Source: Chrysomallon squamiferum
Lineage: Eukaryota > Animalia > Mollusca
Assembly (NCBI GenBank): GCA_012295275.1
Contig: CM022670.1
Span: forward strand, 27,404,001 to 27,468,000
Reading direction: 5' to 3'
DNA: 64,000 nt
This document shows, one piece after another, positions 29,158-50,324 of this stretch. Position 1 is the first letter of the stretch, and each line of letters starts with the position of its first letter. A program made the position numbers and the translations under genes. The notes beneath the pieces were generated by a model. The model worked only from the letters and a program-made list of their open reading frames with translations, was not told the DNA's origin and did no database searches.

Positions 29158-29803
29158 TTTAAACATTTAAAAATGGAAGAAAGACAATTTAAAAATGTTT
29201 AAAACAATTAAATAAAAAATATATTTGCTTATTCGTTTATTCATACATTCATTTAATACAATATAATTACAGTTATGGACATTTTTGTCTTCTTTTGTTG
29301 CACGTATTTTTATTTTTATTTATTTTTTGTTTGTTTGTTTTTATTTTGTTAAACAATTTAAGGAGAATTTGATTTAAAACGAAAGAGTATAAGTACATTT
29401 TTAGAATGACTATAAAAATGTTGAGCAAAAATTATTTAATGATTAACGATGAAAAGAAATTCCAAATGAATGAAACCCGTTAACTAGATGGTTGTATACA
29501 AAAAAGGCATCAATAATAAATCATTAAATTACAAGTGTGTATTATTATTATTATCATCATCATCATCACCACTACAACTGCTACACCATTCTTCCTACTA
29601 CAACTATTACTACTACTGCTTGTAACCAACTAACATGTTACATTAACTTTAATTATAATAGTGAATATTTGGAAAGCCTGATATTAATAAACGAAATACA
29701 TTTGGATAGTTACGCTGAAGAATTAATTTAAAGGTAACAATAAGTAATATACACAAAATAATAATGATTAATGGACGTATTAAAAAAAAAAATATTGTTT
29801 CAT

Positions 29804-29834
<31 letters not shown>

Positions 29835-29939
29835 TAATAATAATAACATATATATATATATAATTCATTCATTCACATCGCGTATGCAACTACTGACTCT
29901 GACAATATTCTCTTAAAAATCGTTAAATTTTTCGATTCA

Positions 29940-30050
29940 TTTTATGCGATTTAAGGAAGACGAAAACCGGAAGTTTACATTCTGTGACTTTATGCTTTGT
30001 AAAGCACGTTTCGAGTTTAGGCCGAACTTCTTTTTCTTATAGGTAAACTT
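29940..30050 (+). promoter_or_regulatory. Putative promoter and non-coding exon 1 of the Kelch gene
   Basis: CCGGAAGT at about 29968, a CpG-rich patch, donor TAG|GTAAAC at about 30042 and acceptor TTTTCTAG at about 30862, 40 nt before the ATG. Confidence 0.5.
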
Positions 30051-30357
30051 TGATTTATTATCTGCAGTTTTCAGTATGAATGAAATTAAATAGAACAGAC
30101 AGTCTGACACTCTCAATTTGCAGCAACAGTCATTTCAATGGTACTGCACTTTCTTAGTTTCTGCAGTTTCTTGTAGATTCTAAGATTGTCAGTTTTTAAC
30201 GTTTGTGTCAATTTTATCATTCGATTCATTGTATTTTGCATTTACAGAACAAATCGGGCCAATATTTTTGAACATAAATAAAAACAAATGAAAAAAATAA
30301 TGTCTGAGCATTGATTTTCTAAATATATAGACTAAAAGTGGCGTTTTTTTTTTTTTT

Positions 30358-30672
30358 TACACCAGCAACAAATAAAAATAAATAAATAAATAAATAAATA
30401 AGTAACCCCGGTAAAATAATAATAAAATAAAAAATACATAACACAAAACAAACAAACAAAAAGAACTACATGTACCAAGCATTTGGTGATAGTGATTCAT
30501 TTTCTTATTTTTACACCAGCAACAAATAAAAAAATAAATAAATAAATAAAAAAAAAAGTAACCCTGGTAAAATAATAATAAAATAAAAAATACAAAACAC
30601 AAAACAAACAAACAAAAAGAACTACAAGTACCAAGCATTTGGTGATAGTGATTCATTTTCTTATTTTGCACC
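30358..30672. repeat. Tandem duplication of about 155 bp (2 copies)
   Basis: TACACCAGCAACAAAT...CCAAGCATTTGGTGATAGTGATTCATTTTCTTATTTT starts at 30358 and again at 30512 with few differences. Confidence 0.92.
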
Positions 30673-30901
30673 TCAAACTAGCTTACAGTAATAATAGTTA
30701 ATTAAAAAAAAGAGACATATTTCTGGAAGGAATTGAAAAATTTGGTGTTTAGCTCTTGATAATGACATTTCCAAAAACTAAAGAAAAAAACAACAATAAA
30801 CAATAATCAGAAAACTAATTATGCTTTCTCTAACATTGAAATTAATTTGATTTCTTTTCTAGGACAGTATAAAAAAAATATTTGAAGAACACCATCAAAT
30901 A

Positions 30902-33653
30902 ATGGCCAATATTTCCAAAAGTGAAACTGTCAATATTTGTTCCTCAGAAGATGTAGATTTTACAGTTTTTGTTGGAGACTTTTGTTTAGGCTGCAATCGT
31001 AAAACACTTTCAGAACAAAGTGGATATTTCCAGGCAATGTTTGACAGTCAAATGAAAGAGAGTTTGTCAGGATCAGTCACACTTCATGGAACTGATGCAG
31101 CTGATGTCATTCATGTGAAAACTCTGTTAACATCAGTACTTCAACCAATTGCTATAGACACCTCTAATGTGTTTCCTTTAACAAGGCTGGCATCACTTTA
31201 CCAATTTCACAATGTTCTTTCATCCTGTTGCAAGTTTCTGGTTAACAACATTACACATTCTAACTGTTTGAGTATCATGGATTTTGCTGAAGAATGTTTC
31301 TTGGAAGAGATTTTTTATCTTTCAAAGGTGCATTCATTGTGGCATTTTCAACATGTTGTAAAGCAGGATGAATTTAAGAGTCTGACTCACAGCAGACTTC
31401 TGCAGTACTTGAATAGCTCATACCTCAACTGCACACAAGAGATCACTCTGACTGATGCTATAGAAGTCTGGTTGGAACATCACAAAGAAGATTCATGGGA
31501 CATGAGAGAAATTTTAGAGAATAATTTCTACCCTGATGATATGTCACATGATGAATTAAAGGTGTTGTTAAACAAAGACTGGGTAAATCAAAACAGTAAA
31601 ATACATGACATAGTTCAGTCTGCTTTGAAAAGGAAACTGGAAATAGTTGAACCAAGCCATGAGGTAAATCCAGTAAAAATTAATAATTGTGATCCATCTT
31701 CTTAAGACTAAAGACGTTTTGTCTTTACTTTTTTAGATATTTAATTATTGCAAATTTTATATCTAATAAATTATACAGATTTATGGTCACATCCATTAAC
31801 ATGGATGAGTCAATTTACTATTAGACATTAGATTCATAATGTTAAAAAATACCTGGTGGTCCAGAGAATTTAAGGGAAATTCTTTTTCATTTAAATTTTA
31901 TTCACAAATTTAAATAAAGAATAAAAAAAAAAAAAAAAAAATGATGAAAAAGAAATGCCAATTTATTTAATGTTACGGTCTTAAGATGATGATCAAAAGT
32001 GGAATTAACTTAATGTAAATAAAATTATGAGGATTTAAATTTTCAAATGATATTTCATTATTGCTTTGAATATATTGGATACTAGCTAGAAATTAAAGTC
32101 TAAAACATTTTTTATTTGTCTTTAAAGGTAAGACACAGGAAACTGCCACATGCTATATTACATCTGGATAGACACTTGCCAGGTGAAGAACCATTTCTTA
32201 AAACAAATATGTTTTATTTCAATCCTGAAGGCTGTGACATTGAACCCATAGATCAAATAGAATCATCTGTCATTTGTAAACCAGTACCATTAGTAGGTGC
32301 TCCAGGCTTCCAAGCTACTGTTGTGGGTGAGGATATTTGAATGTGATGGTAATTGTTGTTTAAGTCTTGTGATACATAAAGCATGCATAAAACTATTAAA
32401 AGAAAAACAATAATTTCCTTGTGTTACTTCACAAGATACAGATAGTGACAAATATCACATGTAAAATAACATTGTTTGCTGGATATGTTAAAGACTTAAA
32501 AAATCAAAAACTGTCAAAGAACTTTGTAAAAAAACATACTGGGTATGTCATTTACATGTATCTGATATATCTGCTGCTAGAACAAAAAAAAAAAAATAAA
32601 ATTAAAATAACATCTGTTAATGTTTCTTTGTAAGATGATGTTCATATTTCAAAATCAAAAACATTAAGTATTTGTAGACAATTATAAAGTAATCTAACTT
32701 TGCAGGAGACAAGATTTATGTTACTGGTGGAGAATGGAAACTGGGAAGGAATACATGGGAAATGAGAATGTGGATTTATAACTGCTTGTCACTTCAGTGG
32801 TTCGAGGGACCACGTCTGACTAAGCGACGTCGTCATCATGGAACCTGCACTGATGGAGATCATCTGTTCCTATTAGGGGGATTTGGTGCATATCGCACCA
32901 TTCTGGATGATGTTGAACAGTTAAATGTGCATACAGGTAGATTTGGCTTTACTAGCCTTTGTTAACTTTATACAGAGAATTGTTATATTTAATTATTGTT
33001 TGAATCACAGGTGTTCTAAACACAAGTATTTAAATATTCAGTTATTTCATTAACAATTATTTATCATTTATAATTGACATATTGTTCAAACACTTTATTT
33101 ATTTTTATAATCTGATATGGAGCATCAGAATTCTTACAGAAAATGTTTGATCAAAATTGGTGACTTTTTGATTTCAGGAGAATGGTCTAACATTCCATCT
33201 ATGCTTCAACCCGAATTTTCTCCTACAGCCACAGTCTGTGGTAGAGCTATGTACCTTTTTAAAACATGTATTCAGAGATATTCTTTTGATACATCTCAGT
33301 GGTCATACTTGACTCTAAGCAACCCAATCAGACTGAATATTACACATGCTTATGTTGAAGATGACATGATCTACCTCTGCAGTACTTTTGGTAATTCAGT
33401 AAAAGTGTTTAATCCTCATATTACTGAGCTGTCTGAACTGTGCAGTTTTCAGTCTGAATGTGGTAACTGTATTTTATATCGTAGAAAACTGTACTGGTTT
33501 TCAAGAATGTCTGACAGTTCAGCAGTGGAATATTATGACCTGGACACAAGAAAGCATTTGGTTTTGGATAATGTGAAGAACTGTAGCCTGGAAGGAATTC
33601 TGTTAACTGTTCCAAAATATCCTTGTTTCAGGCTGTGCAAGAAAGAAGGTTGA
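30902..33653 (+). CDS. BTB-BACK-Kelch (kelch-like) protein, probable Cullin-3 substrate adaptor, 4 coding exons, 555 aa
   Basis: Exons 30902-31663, 32128-32326, 32706-32936, 33178-33653 (1668 nt, in frame). BTB (SGYFQAMFDSQMKES), BACK (NCLSIMDFAE...EITLTDAIEVWLEH) and kelch repeats (KIYVTGG, RRHHG...LFLLGG). Confidence 0.92.
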
Positions 33654-34653
33654 ATGAATCTTTTAAAGTGTAATTTGTTTGATAATAGCCTAAATATATT
33701 TTGTGTCCTTACAAGTCATTATTTTATTTCCTTCTGACAACCAGTGTTTGTTAGTCATAAAGAATGGTAACAAAATAACAAGCTCAGTTTAAAAGGGATT
33801 CTTTACTTTTTAGTTGATGTCAAGGCACAAATGCCAGGTACCACCCAATGTCAAAACTTATTCTCATAGTTTACTAGTAACAAAGACTGGTTGGAGGATA
33901 CAAGTGAGTAAACAAAATATATCTAAACCATTTATCATATATTTAACCCCACAAAAATCCACAAGAAAACCAAAAACAAACCCAAAACATAACCATCTAA
34001 TATTTAAAACCAATAATTTTAATGGCATCAGCTTTAAAAATTTTAAATGTGAGTGTCGGTTGTCATGTTTATCAATTGTTTTCATATTCTTGTAAATTCA
34101 GTCAAAGCCATTAACTTTTATTAAATCATTCAAAAATTTCAACAAAACCATGGTGCAATTATCTGTAAGTGAACAGCAAAACTAAATATGAAGAACTAGT
34201 TATTTAACAGTCATGAATTTTTGCCTGAAAGAAAATTAATACATTAGTAAAACAGAATATAAATCTACACAAGGTGAAAACAAACTAACACAATAACCCT
34301 TTTTCTCATTCATCTACATCACTGCAGTACGAATTACCTAATTGGAATATGGAAAACATTATACATTTGACTAGAGCCATTATTATAAAAGTTGCATCTT
34401 TAACTTGGAATGCACTTTTACTCAGCTGAACACAACTGTATATGCACCAACTTTCAATTTATTAGCACTAACTCACATATGCAAAATCAGGAGAGCACTC
34501 CAGCTGAAGACAGTTTAATTTCCCAGTAAACATTAAATTACATGAACTAAAAATTCTGTCTTCCCAATGGACCTTCATGTGTTTTGTGTTAGCTTGTGTC
34601 TGTCTGTCCCAGTGTTTCAATTTTATATACTTGATAGAACTACTGTTATAGTT

Positions 34654-42548
<7,895 letters not shown>

Positions 42549-42796
42549 TTTTGTCTGTTTTGGGTTATTTCCCCCTGACCTCCTGTCACTTTTGAAATAA
42601 ATATTAGTATTCTTTTGATTAGTTGATATTCAAATATAAGAATAAAAATATTATTACATTAATATTAACAGTAGATCTGTGATAAACTTATTTAGGTATA
42701 ATATATAACGTTATTATGAAAAATACATTAAACTACATTTTAACGATAAATCATGGTCGGAAATAGCTCAGTGCGTGATAGTACTGAAAATTCAAC
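42549..42796. promoter_or_regulatory. Compact bidirectional promoter between TRIM23 and the TRAPPC13-like exon
   Basis: Only 248 bp separate the two divergent ATGs; CGGAAA and CpGs occur near 42758-42776. Confidence 0.6.
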
Positions 42797-42848
42797 ATGG
42801 AAGGCGGAAGAGAACGAGAGCAACTTCCGCAGCTTTTGGCTTTGAAAG
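42797..42848 (+). CDS. TRAPPC13: First coding exon of trafficking protein particle complex subunit 13 (rest of gene not found in window)
   Basis: CAACATGG start context; translates as MEGGREREQLPQLLALK followed by a phase-1 donor G|GTAAGT. Recalled vertebrate TRAPPC13 begins ...EHLLALK/VMRLTKP with an intron at this position and is head-to-head with TRIM23. Confidence 0.8.
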
Positions 42849-43499
42849 GTAAGTTTATTTCTATTACTTTACATTATCAGACAACTGCATATGCATAAAA
42901 ATTCAAATATATTGTAATTATGCAGTAAACTCCTTTCAATTACAGTCAGATGATATAAAAGTATTAATCAAGAACGATATCATATAATTATAATACTCGA
43001 GACACTGACGGTGGCACTGACAGTTCTATATAATATATTATATATATAAAATATATATATATATAAAAACTACCTAATTTATCCTGAATAACAACTGCCT
43101 ATAGTATTAGCTAATTCACATTTTCCGCTCTGTATACTGTGAACTATTATTCTGTAGGTATGTGGACAAAAAATTCAAACACTACCAACTTCAACATAAA
43201 TAACATTGCTGAAAAGAACTCTAAAAACCCTATAAAAGACAACAAACATCATGTGATTCTGTTGAGTATTAAGGAAGTTACAGCATTTTAACGTTTTCAA
43301 TTAACACTAATTAATTGTCCTATTATTTAATGTATTTGCATTACAATGGCGTGACCAAAATCCTATTGTTTTTCACTAAAATGCATGTAACTTTCTTAAT
43401 AATCAAATTTTATTAGTGAAATTTGGACTGAAGATAGATGGTAACTAGTTCTCTCAATTCAAGCTATTAAAAATGCAATATAAATAATTAGTAATAAGC

Positions 43500-44750
43500 A
43501 GATTTTAATTCTGACGTTTTAAGAGATCCTGTTTCTCACTTTCTGTTTGGCAAATTGCAAACTTTGATGGTATCTCTCACAGTTATGGCACTTTCTTATC
43601 TGCCTGGTTTTCAGTGGGGACACAGCAACAGGCTTGGTACTGGGAAGAACAATGGTATTTTCTTCATCAGCCTGAGGGACTTCCACTGGCAGGATAATAC
43701 ATGACATAACTGTGAAAATAGTACTGGTCAGGTTCAGCTGATCAAAACATTCGTGACAAATGGAATCAAACATATTGAATTCCACAGTGTCACTGAGTTT
43801 CTTGAAAATGTTCAGAGTGTTGTCAACAAGTTTCTGAATTTGTGATGTAATATAATTCAAAACTGTATTTCTCTGATGACCAGTAATATTATTGGGGATA
43901 TATGATTGAAGTTCTCTAAAGGTCTTCGCATGGCTTTTTTCGCAGCGAAAGACAAAAATAAACAATATTGAATATGTGACCATTTAAGAAATTCGCCAAA
44001 GAAACTGGAATTCCATTGGGAAAGTTCTCTTCCAAGTGTTGGTTGGCTATACCAGTCCTTTGATTGGGGGATTTTCTTTTCCACTTCAAGTTAGGCGTCC
44101 CGAAAAGAAGGCCAACATAATAATGATTACTAAATTTCAAAATTAGTTCATACCGATTGGCTTGAAGGCACTCACAAAATCCACAATCGTCCACTATTTA
44201 CAATCCATCGGGTAATAAATGTGTGACACAGAGTACAGTCATATATTTATACAGCATCACAATCTGTTCTATCACTCATGTATCAAACATAGCTGAAATC
44301 GAGGGTAGAAATCACTTCAGTTTCACTTGAATTTTCAACCGCCATGTTTGATTTTGAAGCCATTTCGATGTTACAGCTCCTCTTTATGGCATTTGTAACT
44401 TTTCTCAGCTATGTCAGATTTCAATATAAATTCACATATAATAAAATTAAATATTGTTCTTCGCCTCCATCTACCTTAGATTATCCTCCGATATCGAAAA
44501 CGACCGATTTTAATGTGTTGAATACGAAACAAATTTTCGAATTCTCCTCCGAAACGAACCAATTGACCAAATTGAAAAATTCGAAAACGAGTAAGTATAC
44601 GGGAATTTCCCGCTAATTATACCATCAGGGATAACCGAAACTCCCAGCCCCTGACCAATGAGAAGCGATTTACGCAGAGACACCACTTGCCATCGGGGAG
44701 ATTCAGGTCACACGGATATAGCAGAAAATGGCGGACGCAGTTCCGGCAGT
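43500..44750 (-). mobile_element. Degenerate transposon-like fragment with a disabled intronless ORF
   Basis: Start-like AACATGGCG at 44345, in-frame stops, then two overlapping ORFs (44194-43916 and 43983-43519) that appear joined by a frameshift and carry CxxC motifs. CpG-rich end at 44460-44750. Family not recognised. Confidence 0.5.
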
Positions 44751-47700
44751 AATACACATACCTATATTCTGTAATAATTATTTATATTTCAAAAAGCTAA
44801 TTCTCATATAAATCAACAATTATTTCATTTTATTTCATGAGTAACTAAATTACAACAGCTAACAAATTAACATAAACAATTAAATTCATCTTTAGGAACT
44901 GATGTAATTATATCCAAAAATTTATATGTGAAAAAAAAGAACAAAAAGTCTAACATATCATAATTTATTAAATGTAGTTTTATAGCACCTGAATGTAAAT
45001 AAATAAATATTTAGAAACTTGGAAACAAGGGGAATATTCTGTTAAGTAGGTATTTTTGTTTTATTTTTAATGCCAGTTGATATTGTAAATTAGTGTCATT
45101 TTGTTTTCACCTGAAATAATACAGAGTTATTACTCACTGAAAGAAATTATTAGAAAATAGATATATCAGATATTTAAACATTTTTTCTTAGAATATTTTA
45201 CAGACACACACACACACACACACATTTCACCAAATATTGAAAAAAAAAATCCTATTATTTTTCCAGTTAGCTATATAATTCTTTTATTAGTAATAAGCAC
45301 ATTAATATTTATATTATAATATATAATAATTATTCAGTTAATAAACAAACATAAAGTTGTAAACTCAGCAGATTAATGGAAACAGTGGTAGATAGTTTAA
45401 ATTTAGAGAAGTAGTAAATTATTTATTTGGAGAACTGCATCTTACTAATATAGCATAAAGAATTGCTAAAATTTAGTTTTTTTTAAATATTTAACTTAGT
45501 CATTACAAATATATTCTTAAGCAGTTAATTTCATTGTAATTTTTATAAACCACAGAAACAAAATTTTGAAAGAATTATAGCTCTTGTCCTAGTATGTTTA
45601 TATAAATATATTAAATGAATATTAATTAACTTTTTTTTCACAATTTATTTAAATTTTCTAATATCTTATTTACATAGTTGCTGATTAAACAATTTACATC
45701 AGTGTAGATTTATAGATTAAGATTTTATGAATTTTCATGTAATAATTTATGTTGATGTGAATTTTGTAATTTAACTAACTGTTAGTTTATAATGAAAAGT
45801 ATAAAATTCTGTTGTCCACCATAAAAAAAAAAAATCTATGTAGTTTTATGTCATTGTTCATTTCATCAGAATGCTAATTCCATTGAAACAAAGTGACTAC
45901 AAAGACTGTGCTTCTATTAAATTGTATCTTTAAAAACAGTTTTGTTGATTACTTTCTGTTTTCTTTTTGTTTTGGGTTGGGTTTTTTTTTTTTTTTTTTT
46001 TGTTGTTTTTTATTATTTTGTCCTTTTTCTTAAAAGAATATAAATTTTTATATACTTGTGAAATAAATATTTTAGAAGTATATGCATATTTTAATTTAGT
46101 TTTATTTCTCACACACCCATACATACAAACTCTTACATTTATATTATTATTATTCCATAGTTATTGAGAATTCCATACATACATTTACAAGAACACACAG
46201 GCACAAATATACATTTATAATCAAGAAACAACAAAACACACAATATCATGTAAGGTAAATGATTTTATTTCTGACTGTTCTATAAGTCTGTCATTACAAA
46301 GTTGAAAAGTTAAAACATTAAGTGGTATCACACCATCAATTAATTTTGACATTACCAAGGTATCACAAGCCAAAATACAGTCTGTTGATCATCTTCACCA
46401 GTAACACATTTTCTGTTCTGCTTTTTAAAAAGTTTATGATGGAAAACAAGCAGCAGAAATCCATGAAGTCAAAAGTAACTTTTACAAACAGTCTGAAGCT
46501 GTTTATGAATTTAAAATTGTTAAAATAATGATAGTGTGTAATTACAGGTTTCTGATTTAAGCTAAATGTTTTTTATTCATACAAAGAGCATCTTCTTTGA
46601 CAACATGTTATCTATGTTCAAGATGGCCAGTTTAAATTTAGATATCAGTGTTGAATAATGCATAGCTATAATTATTGCCTGGGTGAAAAACACTGTGTTT
46701 CAGTAATAATTACAATTTATTGTCACAATAAAAATCTTACATTAATTATATATGAATGTCATTTAAATGATCATTTTATGGGATTATATAAATAATTTGT
46801 TTTTATTTAAGTTAGAAAACTGAAACTGTCATTTATTAAAAACTGTAATAGCATTTTTTTTTGTCTGTCTTTCTTTTTCTTTTTAAAGCATTAGGTTTTC
46901 AGAATGAGGTAGATTAAGGAAAATAATGCATGATATCAGATTCTACAGAAATAGTTTTCTGATTCTGTGACATTACTGTGCTTGAAATAAAAAAGTTAAA
47001 TCCAAATTCCCCTGCCACTGCATTAGAGTAAAACAAACAGTTGTTTTCAGTTAATACCCACTATTTTGGGCGAATGGGATAAATTAGTAAAATCCAATTT
47101 TCAGTTTGAAAAAAAAAAAATTAAAAAAAAAATAATAAAAATAATAATAATAATAATATATATATATATAAAATAATGATAATAACATTTTTTTTTAAAT
47201 TAAATGAAAAATAATTAATTACCAGAGTTCTTTGTATTTTATTTATTGAATAATAAATGTAATAATTTTCTTGACTTTAAATTTAACATTTTTTGTTTTC
47301 AATAGTATTAAATAATACTGAACAACCCGGTGAAATTCCAGTAACTTATAATTCTCTGACATTAAAGATATTAAATAAAAGTCCTCATCAGTGTTTTGCT
47401 TTTGTGACTGAATTAGGTGAACAGAAATTATGTTTTGCTTTTTTGTTTTGTTTTTGCTTTTTCTTCTTTTCTTCTGCATAATGCAATGTATATTTTATAT
47501 TTATTTCTGTTTGTTACAAGCAGCTAATTCAGAGTGGGTAATATAAGCAATGTATTGAAGGTACATAAAATTCAGTATTTAATATAATTTCAAATGGATG
47601 TGATTTATGTTAGATCTTCTTATCTGTTATGACAGTTTCTTTGTGTTTTGTGCACAGGACAAATTGCTTGCACCTTGCTTGCATAATTACAATTAAAAAC

Positions 47701-50324
47701 AAGTTAAAATAAACATTTGCTGAGCTACCGGTACTTGTAAATTTATACATTTGCAAATTTTGCGAATGAAGAAAATGTACATCATAATTATATATATTTA
47801 TATAAAAGAACATCTAAATCTAACAGCAACTTATTGGTCAGTTATTTCTAGGAATGTTTTGCATAGTAATACTTCACTTTCATATCTAATACATCAAACA
47901 ACATTTATATATATATATGTATATATATAATTATGTAACAGAGATGTAACATACATTACAAATTGGAAATTCTTATAGATTTCCTTTCAGATATCTAAGG
48001 AAATGTTGCTTTAAAAAGTTATATAATGTCAGATATGTATCGAAATATATTTAGGATAAGCCATCTGTACATGTTACATAGAGATTATAAGGAATAATTT
48101 AAAAAATTATGTTGTACATAAAGTTTTACACATATTGTTAACACTTTTTAAATAACAGCATATTTTTGAAAGAACTATAAAGACTGAAATGATTTCTTTT
48201 ATAAAAAATATTATTTTAAATTTATCTTTAAAGGTCATACAAAAATAAACTAAAAACAAAATAAAAAATAAAAAAGTAATCATAATTAGGGATATATATT
48301 TACTAAAAGTGAAATTCCACGTATGTTGTAATAATAGAAAACTTCAGATTAGTATAAGATAAAGAGTTAATAAATGCGACATCAGAACTGGACTTACACA
48401 TAAAATAAATAAGCAAAAATGTAATGCCTGATAGTGAGGATGAGCCTGTTTCTGTCTTTACACATTATTATTTTCTTACTGCTGTGATTAATCAAACAAT
48501 ACCAAATAGGATAAAAAGTTTAGTCCAGTTATTATTACACAGCATTTGTTTGCTGTTAAAGTTCCAAATTGGTAGTATTACTGTTAGACAGACATCAAAC
48601 AGATATTTTTGATGTTTTTACTTTATTATTTAGTTAATTTTTGTTTTCTGTTTCAGATAAATATATTTTATAAATATATAATTATGTGCATGTTTTATGT
48701 ATCTTTAATTTCTTTTGAAGAAAAAAAAAGAAAAGAAAAATAATAATAAAACTAATATAAAGTTTAAAACTGCAGTTTTATTGAGGTTTTTTTTTTTGAT
48801 AAGAAAAGAAGAAAATAAGGCAGTAATGTATTATTGGTGATGTTGCAGAAAGTATCTTACACTTTATTACTTAACTAAGTCTTTATTTTGCAAATTAAAT
48901 AATAACACTGCACTGAGATAAATCTGCAAAAATGTAGCTGAATGATAAATATTCCTGTGTTAGTTTTTCAGTTTTAACATCATGCAGTAGATGATATTTA
49001 TTATTGTAATTCAGATTAAACATATAAAGAAAAAAATTAGAATTACTACCACATTATTGTTAAAAAGAATCTTCTAGTTAATTTTCTTTGATAAATATAA
49101 TTAACACACATGTTACACTACATTTAAGTGTTTTTGGTACATTATACATGTAAAAACAATATCTATTTTAATATTTTTTAAAATACATTCCAAAAACTAA
49201 TTAAACTAGAATGCATCAATAACCATTATCAAATGATTACCAAATCATGAAACTACATATAAAAGATCCCAGAGTGCTGATATGTTCAGTCAAATGATTG
49301 AAGAATATGTAGCAACTGACTACAAAATTACAGGTCCACTTTGATGATTTTTTGTACATTAAATTACATGACACGCCATACTTTGGTCATTGCTATTTTT
49401 TTTAACAACAGTCCTTAAGAGTTATTTATAAAGCTTTTTACTTAATAACATGCTCTTCCAGTCAGTGTTTATCTTCAAAAAACCATTAATAAATTTTCTG
49501 TAGAACAATTTAGCATTATTTTTTTTTTCCTCCATAAAACCTGTTTGACATTTCATTAATGCTATGAGACACCCCTGTGCCATTAACTCAGGATTTTATG
49601 GCTTGGTGGAAAGATACATTATGGTCACTGCTGTAATTGTTTATTTAACTCTGGGGTCTGAATTATCTTTTGGAAAGTTCTTCACACCAAAACTAAATAT
49701 TGTGTGTAACTTGGAGAATTATCTCCTGTTGAAACTGTGCCTATAATATTATTGTTCTAAAATCATCACTAGAGGAAGTAAGTAAAGAATCCAGCATTAT
49801 CTGATCATCCAGAGTGTATTTTTTAAAGTTATCCATTTTTTGAAGAAAAAAACTACATTATTGGATCCAGTTTTATTCCTTGTTGAATATGAGAATTCAG
49901 TAAGGATGTGGAATAATTCTATGTTGAAACTTGAAACCCATTGTTTGGTCCTGAGATCTGTTAAAACACCTTGCATAAAAGATCTGGAATTACCTCTTAC
50001 TGAAATTGCTTTTAGAAAGACAGTACTGGTTCCTAAATGGTCAAATGTTGAAATTAATCTGATAATGTTGGATCCTAAGTAATCTCTGACAGTATGGGAC
50101 ACTGGAATATTCCACACTGAATGAATATAGGTTAATTAAGTCTGAATGGAACAGCAAGAGATAGTTATATTAGTTTTGGTTTTCAGTGCATTATTAACCA
50201 GTACATCACAGTCACTTGAATTAAATTGCCTGAGTATTTGAATGTAGCTTTGCTGTTGATATTGTTGCATTATGTTTTATTAGAAATACAAAAAAGGTTC
50301 TGAAACATCTAAATGTTATAATGG

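Noticed and set aside
10189-33660. Selenocysteine or readthrough at the TGA stops of ICAP1, CCM2 and the Kelch gene
   Set aside because: The proteins appear complete at these stops, further in-frame stops follow, and no SECIS-like hairpin was recognised.
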